DNA from: Octopus vulgaris
Taxonomy: Eukaryota
Length of the DNA stretch: 64,000 bases
Reading direction: 5' to 3'
NCBI GenBank assembly: GCA_951406725.2
Contig: OX597821.1
Location: 105,090,001-105,154,000 of the forward strand
Positions 27,685 through 40,872 of the stretch are shown here, piece after piece. The position numbers and the translations under genes are program-made. Below the pieces are notes generated by a model. The model searched no databases and was not told the DNA's origin. It worked only from the letters and a program-made list of their open reading frames with translations. Within the stretch, counting starts at the first letter, position 1. Each line of letters starts with the position of its first letter.

Positions 27685-28005
27685 ATGTATCGACCTCAGC
27701 ACTTATTCGCTTTTTAAAGCCTGGTACTTAACTTATCCGTGTTTGTTGCCGAAATGCCAAGTTACGGGGACGTAAATATGCAAATATCGGTTATTTTCTA
27801 GCGGTGGGTGGGGACAAACACAAACACGAAGATACACACACGCACACGAACACACACAGTAACACGCACGTATATATGCAAACGAACTTAAAGGATACAC
27901 ATATACATATATACGACAGACTGCTTACAGATTCCGTCCACTCACAAGGCTTTGATCGGCCCCATGACACTGGTCCAAGATGCCATGCAGTGAGAATGAA
28001 CACGT
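27685..28005 (-). mobile_element. SINE (family C) with internal (CA)n tract
   Basis: ATCGACCTCAGCACTTA...GCCGAAATGCCAAGTTACGGGGACGTAAA...GACAAACAC(CA)n; homologous to 38440-38660 and 41700-41800. Confidence 0.55.
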
Positions 28006-29049
28006 CACTACACACTGTTTTGCAAAAGCGACGGCTATTACACAAGTGACACATTAAATTTCTCATCACCATTCAAATAGCTCTCTTTTCTTGTCTAACA
28101 CAATCCTACTTACTTTCAGTCTAAAACCGGTTTAATGATACGTTTTTTTCTCTCTCTTGTACCAAATGGTTTCTTGAGATTTGGGACATTTTCCAAGAAA
28201 GTATATTTGTATTTCTCATTGCTATATGTATTTCTAATCTGAAGGCAGTTTCATTGCATATTTAGAAAATTGACTCTGAAAAGAAATATAAATATATATA
28301 TTGTTTTTTCTACAATGTAAAATTTAAAAGGAAGCAGGAACTCACATTTTGCAATAGCGAATCGATTCCATAAGCGTCTATAGACGCAAAATGATTTCCT
28401 TTTAGATTGAATAAGGTTTCATTGAAATCCGTGTGATCACATCTGAATTTTATGAGCTCGTGAGATGTATTATCGCTACAAACTTTTGATTAAATAAATG
28501 GAATATCTCGGTCATTAACGACTAGTAGTGTCAATATATTTGATCGATTTCGCCACTAGACTTATTATTTAACGTTCAACCCAAAGTCAGCGGAGCAATT
28601 TTTGAAGAATTTAATACTTTCTGTTACAATTTGTTGAATCTCTATGTTTTCTGTTATCCTAGTTTTAATTCACAAGTGTTTCAACCTCCTTAGTCGAACC
28701 GTTGTTGGTATAAAACCAGAGAAGCAGACAACTATTAATTTCAAACACTTGATAGGGATCTCTGAGACTAGCGTTGTTTTTTTTTTTTTCTTTTTACATA
28801 TTGTTTAATCATAGAATGTTTTTACGTCATTTATCTTAAACTACTTTACTCTATTAGAAGATTTAAATACAAAGCAAACTGAAAAGAAGACAGATAAGAA
28901 GGGAGAGAAAGAAAAAGAAACGAAGAAATAAAGGTGCTGGAGTAAAGCGGTGGAAGATGGAAACGAGGCCGAAGTGCCACAAATCTCAGAAGAAATGAGG
29001 TGCAAAGCGCACCCTGCATTAAATAACGCGATGGCGTTGTCGCATAAAA

Positions 29050-30520
29050 TGTCACTGACAATCGTTGCATCAGCCACTTCACATTGCGGGACTCATTTTT
29101 ACGGCAGGCCGCCGTTATCCATCCTTTTGCAGGGGAAATTGATTGTACAGACTTCTATAATACCTGAAGTCTCGACGGCGACCGGCAGAAACTGATAGTA
29201 ACTGGCCAGTCTTCTGTATATATTGATTTTTGCCGCCTCCGCGTTACGGGCGACGGCACCAGGGATTGCAACAGAAGCTCCAAATGTTGGATCCGAAGAA
29301 CGTATTGCTGCACATCGCGACCCAGATTAGAGGTCTGCCTTCCTCGAAGGTGGTGATGGTATGCCAACCGCCTCTAGGTCCCTTCCGATTTTGTCATTCA
29401 AAGTGGCGTGTCAGGGGAATAGACCCGCGATAAGGCTACAGGATATATAATGCCAGCTGAATTAGTTTACTACCGCACCGCAGCGTTATTTTTGCAGCTC
29501 TCACACGTGGAGAGCGCGGTGTTGGGCCACTTCGATACGGGTGCACTCATCATCTAAAAGTGTACCAGTAGATGAGTAGATTACCGAATGAAGACATGTG
29601 GCACTGTTTGGCTGCGCGGTGGAACCGAGACAGGCGAAAAAGTACTGATGTAGTGATGACTGGAGCCTCTCAAACGTGACCTTGCATCTGATGTCGTCCC
29701 AGTTGCGTTGGGCATCCATAGTCTAGGGGACAACGAGTCCATCAGCGATCGAATCGGCTGCGGCTGAATCCGGTTCCTGGGCCACAACAGGGTCAGTTAT
29801 TCCGTGAAATATCTCGCCAATAAGAGTGCGGTCGGAGGAGTCTAAAGTGAGATAAGGCATCAGAGCCAGGTCCACTGGAGGTTGGAGGCCAAGGCTACTG
29901 TATCTAATTGTCAGTTTCACCTGTTGCCAGCCGGCGTTGTCAAAACTGACCTTGCAGATCAGTTCGGTATACGCTGGATGCTGTTATCAAAATCAACAAA
30001 GAAGAAGAGAACGGGGTACGCGTCAAATAGGCGCAATCCCTCGGTCATCTTGGACAAGTCACCAACACTGCACGCAGCGAAGTTTCAGTGATTTAGAAAT
30101 CCCTCATATTTACCGGAGGGCCCCTATTGTTTGAGATGGAAAGTATGCAGAACATCCAGATAAGAAGTGAAGAATGTGTCGGTGGAGGTCACGTCGGACA
30201 CCGTATCAGGGACGTCGCTCTCAGTAATTGTCTATTTAAATTGGGCTCGAAGATTTTTTCTCAAAGTCGGATAGACGGTCTGAGAGAAACGAGAAGCTAG
30301 TCGATATATTGTGGCTGAAGGCACTGACGTTGTGCCAGATTTTGAGTTCAGGCAGAGTCGCAAAATTGAATCGTTTGTTGCAGTATTGCAGACTGTTCCA
30401 TAGAATACTATGATAACCAGTGTCTGTTCTATCGAAGACTGCATCAGGCTCCAGCCAAAAGTCAACACGCAGCATAACCAAAACCGGATCCTCATTTTCC
30501 GAACGTAAAACTTCAAGCAT
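29050..30520 (-). mobile_element. Decayed CR1/L2-group (Crack-like) LINE, RT and C-terminus
   Basis: GC-richer block. Minus strand has LRVDF...AVFD...HSIL...L..W...SFLSDR, then FFACL...LLDDECTRIEVAQHRALHV and an LL.SLVP-type C-terminal motif. Confidence 0.55.
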
Positions 30521-30711
30521 TTCGCTGCAGATATGTAAAAGAAATGGAAGTTTGTTAGTTATCTACACAGTCCGGACATTCATTATAAAGGCTACGGAAA
30601 ACTAGGCAGAAGGAAGAAGACATTGTATTTAACTCGGAGTAATTACTCTTACAATAAAGTTGTGCCTTAAATATTGATTTCTGATTTTGACACAAGGTAT
30701 GTGTCGAATAT

Positions 30712-30778
30712 ATCGATCCATGTACTCAACTAATACTTATTTTATCGACCCTGAAAGGATGAAAGGCAAAGTTCACTA
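30712..30778 (-). mobile_element. SINE family A core fragment
   Basis: TACTTATTTTATCGACCCTGAAAGGATGAAAGGCAAAG is the reverse complement of the family A core. Confidence 0.7.
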
Positions 30779-32856
30779 CATATTTTCTAGCAGAAGATAT
30801 TTTATCTGCTCTTATATCGAGCTAAATATAACGCAGCCATTTGCTGCAGGTCATAACTTTCGAAAAGGGAAGGCAAATATTGCACAATTTTATCCTGGAT
30901 ATCATTGAAAAAGAAGATGACTACAGTTGAAATACTTCTTATTTGTCGTGGTCAATCTGAAAATTCAAACGGCAAACACACGTTATACTTCCTGTCTATC
31001 TATATCGAGAGGCCCTATTCCTTTCACGATGTCCATTGGTGATATATGTGAATAACATTTGGGATTCTAAAAGTAACAGAAACTTATACACTGCTACTTT
31101 TCACTCGGACCATAAAACCATATTTATAAAACGTGTCTGTTTAGTATCATAAATGTCGAGAAAGAAGATATAATCAGCAATTTTTATAATGTACTAGAAT
31201 ATTGTGATATATTAAGGTCATTCATTTATATTTCTGAGGCAATATAGCCGAAATAACTTCGCAAATGTAGTGCACTCAATGAATAGAACAACTGTAATAT
31301 TTGACTTTTATGTTAAGAATAAGTTAGAAGCAAGAGAAACAAATTCGTGTATATTGACTACTTTTATATGAAAACGCTTTCATTTTTAGTAAATTAATCA
31401 TGCTACATTCAATATACACCAGGCATTTATATAGAAAAATGTTTTAAAATCAAAGGAATAATATATTACTATTATATATTTCGATTAGAAAAGATTGCAC
31501 CTAACAGCTAGATCAGTGTTCATTTCGTTGAAATCATGTACTCTGAACATTCTGTATACGTGCATGGTACAAAAGGAAAAACCAGTTTTATTTTTTGTAT
31601 TATATTACGATACATATCGAAATCGTTAACAGTTTTTAACACGTTATTCTATGCAATATATCGGTCTATTCGCAAAAGATGTCATGAACAACCTTTCGAG
31701 ATCAAAGAAAAGTAAAATACATAATCAGATATAAAAATGACATATTTTTAGAGTTATTGAAATTCAAATAGATAATAGACGGGAAAATTAATTTAGATAA
31801 GAATGTAATAATAAGACTCAGTTTTATTTTATGGGTAGGTCTGAATAAAAGCATGATATTATTATGATTGTAGCATGTTTTAGTAAACACCAATAAGAAA
31901 GGACATCGATATAACATGCTAAATTAGAGGTGTTTTAACAGGAATATATGAAAATTTTAAGTAATATCTTTAAACCCCGAAAAACAATAGCCTATCAGCC
32001 TCCATGACAAAACCTCTCACCACAATGGGACTTGGTTGGGAATTGTTGTAAGTAATAAGCAATATAAACAAATGCACGAGGGATTATTTAGGCATCTGTA
32101 TAAATGATATTAATGCTTCAGTCTATGTGAAAATTCAGGCGACTGAGCTTTTCGTATGAAAACGTTTTTGACAACAAACATATCAAATCTCCATTATTGC
32201 ATGAAACACGAAGATGATTCCAAAATAAGATTCTGTCACACCCTCTCACATATACTTGACCAAGGAAATATTAACTGAGGGGCACAAAGCAACATTATGC
32301 AATAATGTAATCAGTGATATAAAACACCGATGCGACAGGTGATGACGTCATTACAAACGTCAGAACAGGGATGCGAAGACTGAATTCGATGTGGAAAATA
32401 GCTGAATGGAAGCTTAGAGTGCTTTAGACGACGCATGGCGTAAATTAGTTGAGTATAAGCTGTTTGAAAAGGCTTGACATGAAACATTTAAATGGCGTGA
32501 AATTGGTAGTTTGAAATTCGTAACCAAATAATAGCGACTCGGTAATGATAGAAACATAGTCAGGCTTACTAGCGCTGTTGGATATAACAAGAAACAGTTC
32601 AGTTGTGAGCTTATGCTTGGAGGTACTTATAAGTAAATATATGGTTATGCTCTGACTTAGTGAATTAGTCTACATGGATGCAGTACAAAACTTAACTATA
32701 GTAGCTATAAAAAACATCACAAATTTTAAATATTTATACGTACACATTACTGGTTTTGTTCAATATATATATATATATGTATATAAAGTTAATCCAAACA
32801 AGAAAACACAACAACGCGAGGACGTGGAACAAATAAAGTATTATTGGACCCTCAGG

Positions 32857-32909
<53 letters not shown>

Positions 32910-32912
<3 letters not shown>

Positions 32913-33323
32913 CACCGTGGGAAAATATTCCACCAACATTATACAAATGATATTTGTATTACGTTTCCCACAAGACTAGGCCCCGTGCCATGCGTCCCTT
33001 ACAAAAGTCAAGATCACATCACGTAAGGACATTGCGACACAATTTCTTCAATGCAAATAGTCCTACACTTGTCAATGTTATCCCAAAAGAAATTAAAGTA
33101 GAGACAGAGCCCACAACTTTCAAACCTTACCTGGACAAATTCCTCCAGGAAATACCGGATAAACCACCAACCTCTGGATGCGTCTGAACTAACAACAACT
33201 CTCTGCTTGAGTGATCCATGTTATCCCGAAATAATTAACTAAAAGACTTTCCCATGTGGTGCTATTTAGTCAGTCAAGGCCTGGGCCGATAATGTCCGAA
33301 ATCAATCTAAGTTATCTAAGTTA
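32910..33323 (+). mobile_element. CR1-clade LINE 3' end
   Basis: RPLQKSRSHHVRTLRHNFF...PTLVNVIPKEIK...FKPYLDKFLQEIPDKP...NNNSL. Ends in a short tandem tail (ATCTAAGTT)2. Confidence 0.75.
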
Positions 33324-33329
33324 CATATA

Positions 33330-33816
33330 CAGGGATACCTCGGCTTGAGTTATTTCGACTTAAGTTGTTCTGGAAGGCACATCAGTTTACAACATTGATA
33401 TTTAGGAAAATAAAAATTAGTTAAGTCGGTCCGCCAATAATACTGGAATCGTAAAAACACTGAAAAATATTAAAAGCACGTAACATCATGTTACAATAAA
33501 TAAGAATAAAAGCGTATAAAAGTATATTAAAATACAGTAAATACTAAAATACACACCAAAAACTAATGTAGCCTAGTACACTAAAGCAAATAATTATTAT
33601 AAAATGATGCTTATTTGTTTGTAGGCTTAAAATAGGTATTTATTAACCGTGTCTTATCGAAAATGTATTCATAAATTAAGTATAGCACTAGGGAATAGCT
33701 ATTAGCAGTTTAAACTAAGCTAGACTTGGCCAGGTCTAATCAAGCGTATGGACAAGCAATTCGACTTGAGTCGTCTCTCTTGGAACCACTTAACGACTTA
33801 GGGTGAGGTATGTCTC
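33330..33816. mobile_element. pogo/Tigger-like MITE
   Basis: TA|CAGGGATACCTCGGCTTGAGT at the left and ACTTAGGGTGAGGTATGTCTC|TA at the right: imperfect TIRs, TA flanks and subterminal TTCGACTT.AGT repeats. Confidence 0.55.
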
Positions 33817-33916
33817 TATCTATGTCTCTGTCTCTCTCTATATATATGATATATATATATATATGTATGTACACACACACACACACACACACATGTATAT
33901 ATAAATAGTAAAGAGA

Positions 33917-33949
<33 letters not shown>

Positions 33950-33951
<2 letters not shown>

Positions 33952-34461
33952 AAGGGTGAACAAATAAGGGTAAAAACCTGAGATACAGTAAAAATTAATA
34001 CACAAATATAAGAGTGTCCACTATGTGGTCGCTCTTGCGCTAAAAATAGATTCGCAATGGTCTCAACCACCAATACTTGTTCCCAAGGAGAATTAGCACA
34101 ACTATGAACGGAAACGAGCAGGTCAAATGAAAAATAACGAAATTGTAGATTAATTCTAGACAATTGTTTCGCTGTTAATGGATTATGCAATCTTACTTAC
34201 ATAATAGATATGCAGCTCTTCAGTAGAATTTGTCGTGAATAGAATTTACTGAACCCCACGCCAGATTTTAACATAAAGCCAAACACACGTGTGGTTCAGT
34301 CTATTATATTAGCAGTTATGATTCGAATGTCCTCGTTATAGCGCGCCAAAATTGTCGGAAACAAATATTAATTCTTACTGTATCCCAGGTTTTTATGCGC
34401 TAAACCACTTGGTATTAAATTGATGTTATTATTAAATTAATATCCAATTTGTTCACCCTTA
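33950..34461 (-). mobile_element. Penelope-like terminal fragment with partial inverted 3' end
   Basis: TAAGGGTGAACAAAT (33951) against ATTTGTTCACCCTTA (~34447-34461), and TAAAAACCTGAGATACAGTAAAAATTAATA against TATTAATTCTTACTGTATCCCAGGTTTTTA. Internal hammerhead; (TA)n nearby on both sides. Confidence 0.65.
34152..34230 (-). ncRNA. Type I hammerhead ribozyme, canonical
   Basis: Stem I AAUUCUA/UAGAAUU (7 bp), CUGAAGA, stem II GCUG/CAGC plus distal AUUAUGUAA/UUGCAUAAU, GAAA, palindromic stem III ACAAUUGU, GUC triplet (cut between 34159 and 34158). Confidence 0.85.
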
Positions 34462-34505
34462 TTTTTGATTTTAATTATACTGCAGTAAATTATTTATGCA
34501 GTATT

Positions 34506-34552
<47 letters not shown>

Positions 34553-35499
34553 CGAGATAGATAGATATATAGATAGATAGATAGATACACACATAAACGT
34601 AAACACACGCACACACACACACACACACAAACATATATATATATATATATACATATATATGATCCTCTATATATAAGTGTGTGTATGCCAATATATACAC
34701 ATGTATCCACATGCATGCGCGCGTGCGTGTGTGTATATGCATGTATAAATATAAGGTACGTTTGTATGTGAAAGTAAACGTACTTGACAAAATAATCCTT
34801 TTAGCATTTTTATGAAAATTGCAAAAAGTATATGGAGAGAAACAAAAAATAGCAGAAGAGCTTATATCCGTATTTGCAAATGGTTTATATATGTAGGTCA
34901 AGTAATGACAACATGACATTGGTTTCGGTTGAAATCTATTTCAAACATTTCTTAAAAGAAAGTAAAACATGTTTTTGTTATTGCAGAAATTGCATTTTTC
35001 CAGGAAATTAAAAAAGTACCACATGCAAAAAAATAAATACCGTCATATATAGAATTTCAAAGTAAAACCGGAATCTCCGAATATTATTCTTGCTGCAAAA
35101 GCTCTGTAAGCCGTTGCACTTCTCCATCGTTATCATCAATAATAAAATAATAATCGGTGCAATTGTGAAGGTAGAACAACTTCAAAAATAAGCATTCCTT
35201 GGTGAACTTGGTGAACTTGAAGCATAACCAGTAAAGGAGTGTCACATTAGTCTGCTGGCTGTGAACTGCTGGCACTTTCCATCGTACCCAGCAAAATAAG
35301 GAGTGAGTTTTCATACAAGGGTAGCTTATCCTGTTCAATCTATAATGTTAGAATCATTCTGTGTTTGAGAATTTAAAATCACTTCTTTAACTTTCTAAGA
35401 CATCTCAACGCTTCTAAAGCGAACATCGTTTGTTTGTTTACGTTCATCGTAATGGGAATTCAATAATAATAATAATAATAATTATAATAATAATAATAA

Positions 35500-36055
35500 A
35501 TGCCCTGATGCAGTACCAGCCAGTGGCTCTGATGGCTTCTGATCTTAATTGAATGGAAGTGTTATCTTGTACGTTGTTTTGTCTTGGTATAAAAGATGGT
35601 CTACAACAAATCTTCTGCTCAATACCACAGATTTGCTTGTCATTTGTTTGACCTTAACCAGTTGAGCATGTCCCTTCGTGGCTGACGATATGTGCATCTC
35701 TGATCACGAGCAGAAGTAGTGGGGGAGCATCATAGCCATGTGTTGAGAGGGATTATTTGGGGTTTAAATAATTCACCTCTGTAAACATAGGTGTTTCATT
35801 TAACACCCTTAAATAACCCTTATTCAGGGACCTTTTGAGCGGGATGGGTTACTCGACCAGAAAAAAATTCTAACTGGGCCCCACCTGCAAGGTCATGTGC
35901 TGTTTATCTTCATATGAGATCACCATATCGCGCACATATGATTTTGATGCATGTGCCTGGTGTACCCTTATCAGACGGGTAGTCATGATGGGTATACTGG
36001 GCTTCGTATATTTTACCCCAGTGTCACTTTGATGGCATGCACTGCTCTCGCACTC
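35500..36055 (+). mobile_element. ~555-bp non-coding interspersed element between (AAT)n tracts, copy 1
   Basis: Colinear with 37059-37593 from ATG.CCTGATGCA.TACCAG to CATGCACTGCTCTC..ACTC. (AAT)n on both sides. Confidence 0.7.
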
Positions 36056-36139
<84 letters not shown>

Positions 36140-36141
<2 letters not shown>

Positions 36142-36930
36142 AATAACCGGCCAACTTATTAAAGAACAGCGTTAGTCCATGCGTGTACGTAAACAACAAA
36201 ATGAAACCATTGATCCTATATCCATGCGCAGTCTTTTTGCACCTCCATAGTATCTCAACATGCATGCAAGTGCAGCACAATATTTTCAATGGATAAGTTT
36301 CAAAAGCCTGGCCCTGCCTCAACATAAACCTGCTGGCAACAAAAAACACCTCCAGTACTTGAAAATGATCAAAATTCACTACTCTGGAACGTCACTGTTC
36401 AGACTGACAGAAAGACATGCGAATAGGCCCGACATTATATTGAAAGACTGCTGGCAAAATTCATTCCTCCTCATTGATATGACTGTCCCAATCGACATAA
36501 TTGTATGTGTCAGGACTAACCAAACACTCAACAAATATAAAGATCTTAAAATAGAAATTAGAAAAATGTGGAAGCTCAAGACTAAAACAATACCTGTTGT
36601 CATAGGTGCCCTTAGAATGATAAAAGGTTCTGATTCCTAACTAACCGAGATACCAGGAAACAACCAAATGGCAAGAATTCAAATGATAGTACGCAGCGAA
36701 ACTCTCCTTATCCTACGTAAAATACTGTCTATGTAATCACACATTTTAAATCAAACACATAGAATTCTTATGTTCTCTTAAATATACTCTAGAACAATAC
36801 CATGTGCAAAAGGAAATACATGATAGCCTAACCATAATACCAACTTGAACTTGTAACTTGTTGTCTCTTGAGGTTTCTGGTTGTGACTTGGGGTCAACTT
36901 GTACAAATACAATGCAAAAGTCAAACATAA
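36140..36930 (+). mobile_element. R4/Dong LINE 3' end (RLE endonuclease plus 3' UTR)
   Basis: ANRPDIILKD...LLIDMTVPID...LNKYKDLKIEIRKMWKLKTKTIPVVIGALRMI. Embedded in (AAT)n. Confidence 0.85.
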
Positions 36931-36965
36931 CAACAAAAACAACAACAATATTAATGATGATGATG

Positions 36966-37058
<93 letters not shown>

Positions 37059-37061
<3 letters not shown>

Positions 37062-37593
37062 TCCTGATGCAATACCAGACAGTGGCTCTCATGGCATTTG
37101 AGCATAACTGATTGGAAGCGCTATCTTGCACATTGTTGTGTCTTGGTGCAAAAGATGGGCTACAGCAAATATTCTGCACAATACCACAGATTTGCTTGTC
37201 AATTGCTTGACCGTTACCAGTTGAGCATGTCCCTTAGTGGCTGACGATATGTGCATCTCTGATCATGAGCAGAAGTAGTGTGTGAGAACCATAGTCATGT
37301 GTTGAGACGAATTCGTTGGGGTTAAAAAAATTAACATCTGGAAACATGGGTGTTTCGTTCAACATCCATAAACAACACTTATTCAGGGACCTTTTGAGCG
37401 GGATGGGATAACCGATCTGAAAAAAAAAAATTCTAGCGGAGCCCTACATGCAAGGTCATGTGATCACTATGTCCTACATATATGTGTGAGATGCATGTGT
37501 ACCCTTATCAGACGGGTAGTACTGATGGGTATAGTGGGCTTCGTATATTTTACGCCAGTGTCACTTTGATGTCATGCACTGCTCTCTAACTCA
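37059..37593 (+). mobile_element. ~535-bp non-coding element, copy 2
   Basis: Diverged copy of 35500-36055, preceded by (AAT)n. Confidence 0.7.
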
Positions 37594-37597
37594 ATTC

Positions 37598-37639
37598 TAC
37601 TGCTACTGCTGCTGCTGCTGCTGCTGCCCCTACTACTAT

Positions 37640-37696
<57 letters not shown>

Positions 37697-37717
37697 CACC
37701 ACTACTACTACTACTAC
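37598..37717. repeat. Compound (CTG)n(CTA)n(CCA)n microsatellite
   Basis: Direct reading. Confidence 0.95.
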
Positions 37718-37935
37718 CGAGCCGTAATTGAAACAATATATTTAATTTTAAAACTGATGAATGAGCTTCGCTCGATTTGCTGTTGCCCCAACTATTGCAG
37801 GCCCCTACACCTGCGACGCGGAAGAGCATCGTTTTTGTAGAATATTGGATAACATTAATGTGTTACAGCGGTTCTAGACTGAAATGCAATTCAGATTGTG
37901 GCTTCTTATGTTGTATCTGGTATTCTTTTTAATAA

Positions 37936-38288
37936 CAGAGATGTACTTGCATAGCAACTGACCTGATCTGAGATCGTGTGTTGAAACAAAATCAATTGCT
38001 GCGTGGAAGGTGGTTATAAGCCTTTTAAAAACACAAAAAAAAACCGTCAGATACACTTCAAAATTTAAATTTAATTTGTCAAATTATTTTCGTCTCTTTG
38101 AAACCGCAACCTGTTTAATGACAAAATTCCGTGCTGCATCTCCACAGCACCTAATGTTGTTAATGAACAGGTCGCGATTTCAAAGCGACGAAAATATTTC
38201 GACAAATTAAATTTAAATTTTGAAGTGAATCTAACGGTTTTTTGTGTCATTTTTAAATAGCTTACAAACACCTTCCACGCTGCAATTG
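37936..38288. mobile_element. Diverged fold-back Penelope-like terminus (G3:C8 hammerhead family)
   Basis: Arms 37993-38136 and 38145-38288 are imperfect inverted repeats. Homologous to 51070-51240; the left extension matches 50695-50730. Confidence 0.65.
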
Positions 38289-38439
38289 TTTTTAGTAACA
38301 CTATGTGCGTAATTGTGTTACTTCATGTATTTGGCGACGGCTGATATTGTGTATATAATACTGTTTGGAGAGTGATTGAGTAGGTTGTATGTAGGGTACA
38401 GTGATTTGTAATTGTTTTATATTTTTTCTAGTTTCTATC

Positions 38440-38660
38440 ATTTCAGTGTGACCATGGTGGGACACCGCCTTGTAGGATCTCAGCCGAAAAAACTCTAATC
38501 ACAGTACTTACTCTCTCGGTTTATTTTACCGAACCGCTAATTCATGGGGAACTGAACATACGAACAGTAGTTGTGAAGCATTGGTGAACGACAAACACAC
38601 CTACACACACACACACACATACACACACACATGCACACTCACACACATATATCGCGGCAC
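38440..38660 (-). mobile_element. Decayed SINE (family C)
   Basis: GACCATGGTGGGACACCGCC...CCGAACCGCTAA...GACAAACAC(CA)n. Confidence 0.5.
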
Positions 38661-38999
38661 TGCTTCAGATATGACGAAGAGGGTTTCAGTTGATCCGATG
38701 TGGTTTGATGCGTTTTTGTAATAACTGATAACATCTAGTTTTCGGTTACTACTAATTCTGCTTGTATCAATTTTTTGCTTCACTCTAGCATATTCTGCTG
38801 ACTTGTGCTATGAATTAAGAATGGCAATATTTTTCCATTTAATTTTCAGTATATTTCGGAAATCTGTCTAAACTTTTTTTCATTTCGTTTATTAATAACT
38901 TATTCTTTTTGTTAGATCTAAATTTATTCTTCAGTGAATTAAAATTATCTAATAAAATCTGGGCTTTTCTCTTCTCTTCTTTTTCTTCGCTGTTCTAGC

Positions 39000-39900
39000 T
39001 GCTTCTTTCTAATTATTTTCCTTGTTACACTGTTGCAGATATCCCGTGAATGAAAAGTGTGTTATTTCATTGCGTCTGTGCTTTATGAGTTTGGCACCCT
39101 ATAAGTCGCTTTTGACATTCAGGCTGGCATATTTCGCTATTTGGTAATTCCAGCAATTTATTGAATAATAGTAATTTCTTACTTCCTATCTTAACTCCAG
39201 TATATTTTGGAATTAAATACAGAATTTCTCATTTATTTATTAATATTTCTTGTTGTTTTCCTCAAATATAATTCTCTGTTTCTTTCGTGAAATTACTTTT
39301 CAGTATCTACTACTACGTTCCATAATATATTTTGCTTTTATCTTACCTTTTTGCTCGTAACCGTTTCTACTTATTTCATTCTAATTAATTTTCTAGTCCT
39401 AGCATACTACATTCATTTCACGAAGAGGTCCTGACTGCAGAGACGTTATGTTACCAGATTACGTTTGTGCTTCAGTTTTTATTGGTGTTATTCCAGCCAT
39501 TTTTGACTTCCAATATGGCACATGTTCTTATTCCATGACTCTAGCAAATATTAACTGAAATTAAAATATTTATTTTCCTTTTATCTTCAGCATCTTTTGG
39601 AAATTCTCCTAACTTTCGCCGATCGTTTTATTAATATTTTATTTTACTTTTGACATAAATAATATTTTCCGTAAGGAAATTAATTTTGTGTATCTACTTA
39701 AACGTTTTCTAAAAATATAAAAAGCATTTCTTTCGTAATTTTTTTTCATTATTACACTAACATCTTTACATTTCTTTCTTTAATCTATTTATTTTAGTTC
39801 GCCTAGCATTGTAGATTCCTATTTTCAAATTATACTGAGTGTGGCGACGGTACACTCTTTTGCATTGCCTTTGGTGTGGTAGCTTGGGAATGTTGCAAAT
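39000..39900 (-). mobile_element. Very old R4/Dong-like LINE fragment upstream of RT
   Basis: Minus-strand traces ENRN/I..LR, YWKS and NKLLELP...PA...TY.VP, in the order expected for R4-type ORFs. Confidence 0.3.
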
Positions 39901-40872
39901 AACTTACTGTTTGTTTTTTAGTTACATCTTCTCTGGTCTTCAATTCATTCAATTTTCAATTTATTATTTTGAGGTTGTAGTTTATTCTATTTTTAGCATC
40001 CGTTTCACTTTTTATATTGATGTCAATTATTCATCCTAACATTTTCTTATTTATTCTGTCTTTTATGTATAGTATTTTAAATTAAACTACGTCTGTGTAT
40101 GATCAATTTCCCGGAAATTATGTGTACGTAAACAAAATAATTGAAGAGAATGTTACTAATTTCCATTTGCCTTTTAACTCATACTCAGTTCTATAGATTG
40201 TCTACAGTTTATAAGCAAATTTAGTACATATTTCAAGTGGATGATACTTGCTGGATATATTAGGATATCATTTCACAACATCTGGTTTAAAATATACCAC
40301 CTTTAGGGTATTGATATTCTATTTTATATCTATCCCCAAAGTAATTAATTATACCGTTTATATAATCACCCCCCCAACATTTTTTTAAATAACCTATATT
40401 CCTTTATTCATGTTGTAATTAGTGTATTAATAAGGCGTAATTGAATTACTATGACACATCTAGACAGATTATTTCATATAGATTGTCTACAGTAGTCGAG
40501 TGTGTAGTGCCGAATGAGATGGAGTCGGTAACTAATGACGAATAGAGAGTTAGCTTTCCGAGATGTACCGCAACCTCTGATTATTTGATTCGCACATTTC
40601 CCTATTACACCCCATTCGAGCTTCATTTCGTTTCCTCCCGTGCAAACGTATTACAACTGAAACATGTTGTAAATATGTTATAACGTATGAACTATACAAA
40701 GCATGCATGCTGTCTCGTTTATGATTGTAAGAACCGAGCAGTAGTATTCAATTGGAAACATCACGTAGTCAATCTGTGGGTATGTAATACTTTGCTTCTA
40801 GTATAAAATCCTCATACAGCCTCGCCTCATTCGTCACCTAAACCTTGGTCGCAAACAACATATATATTAGTA

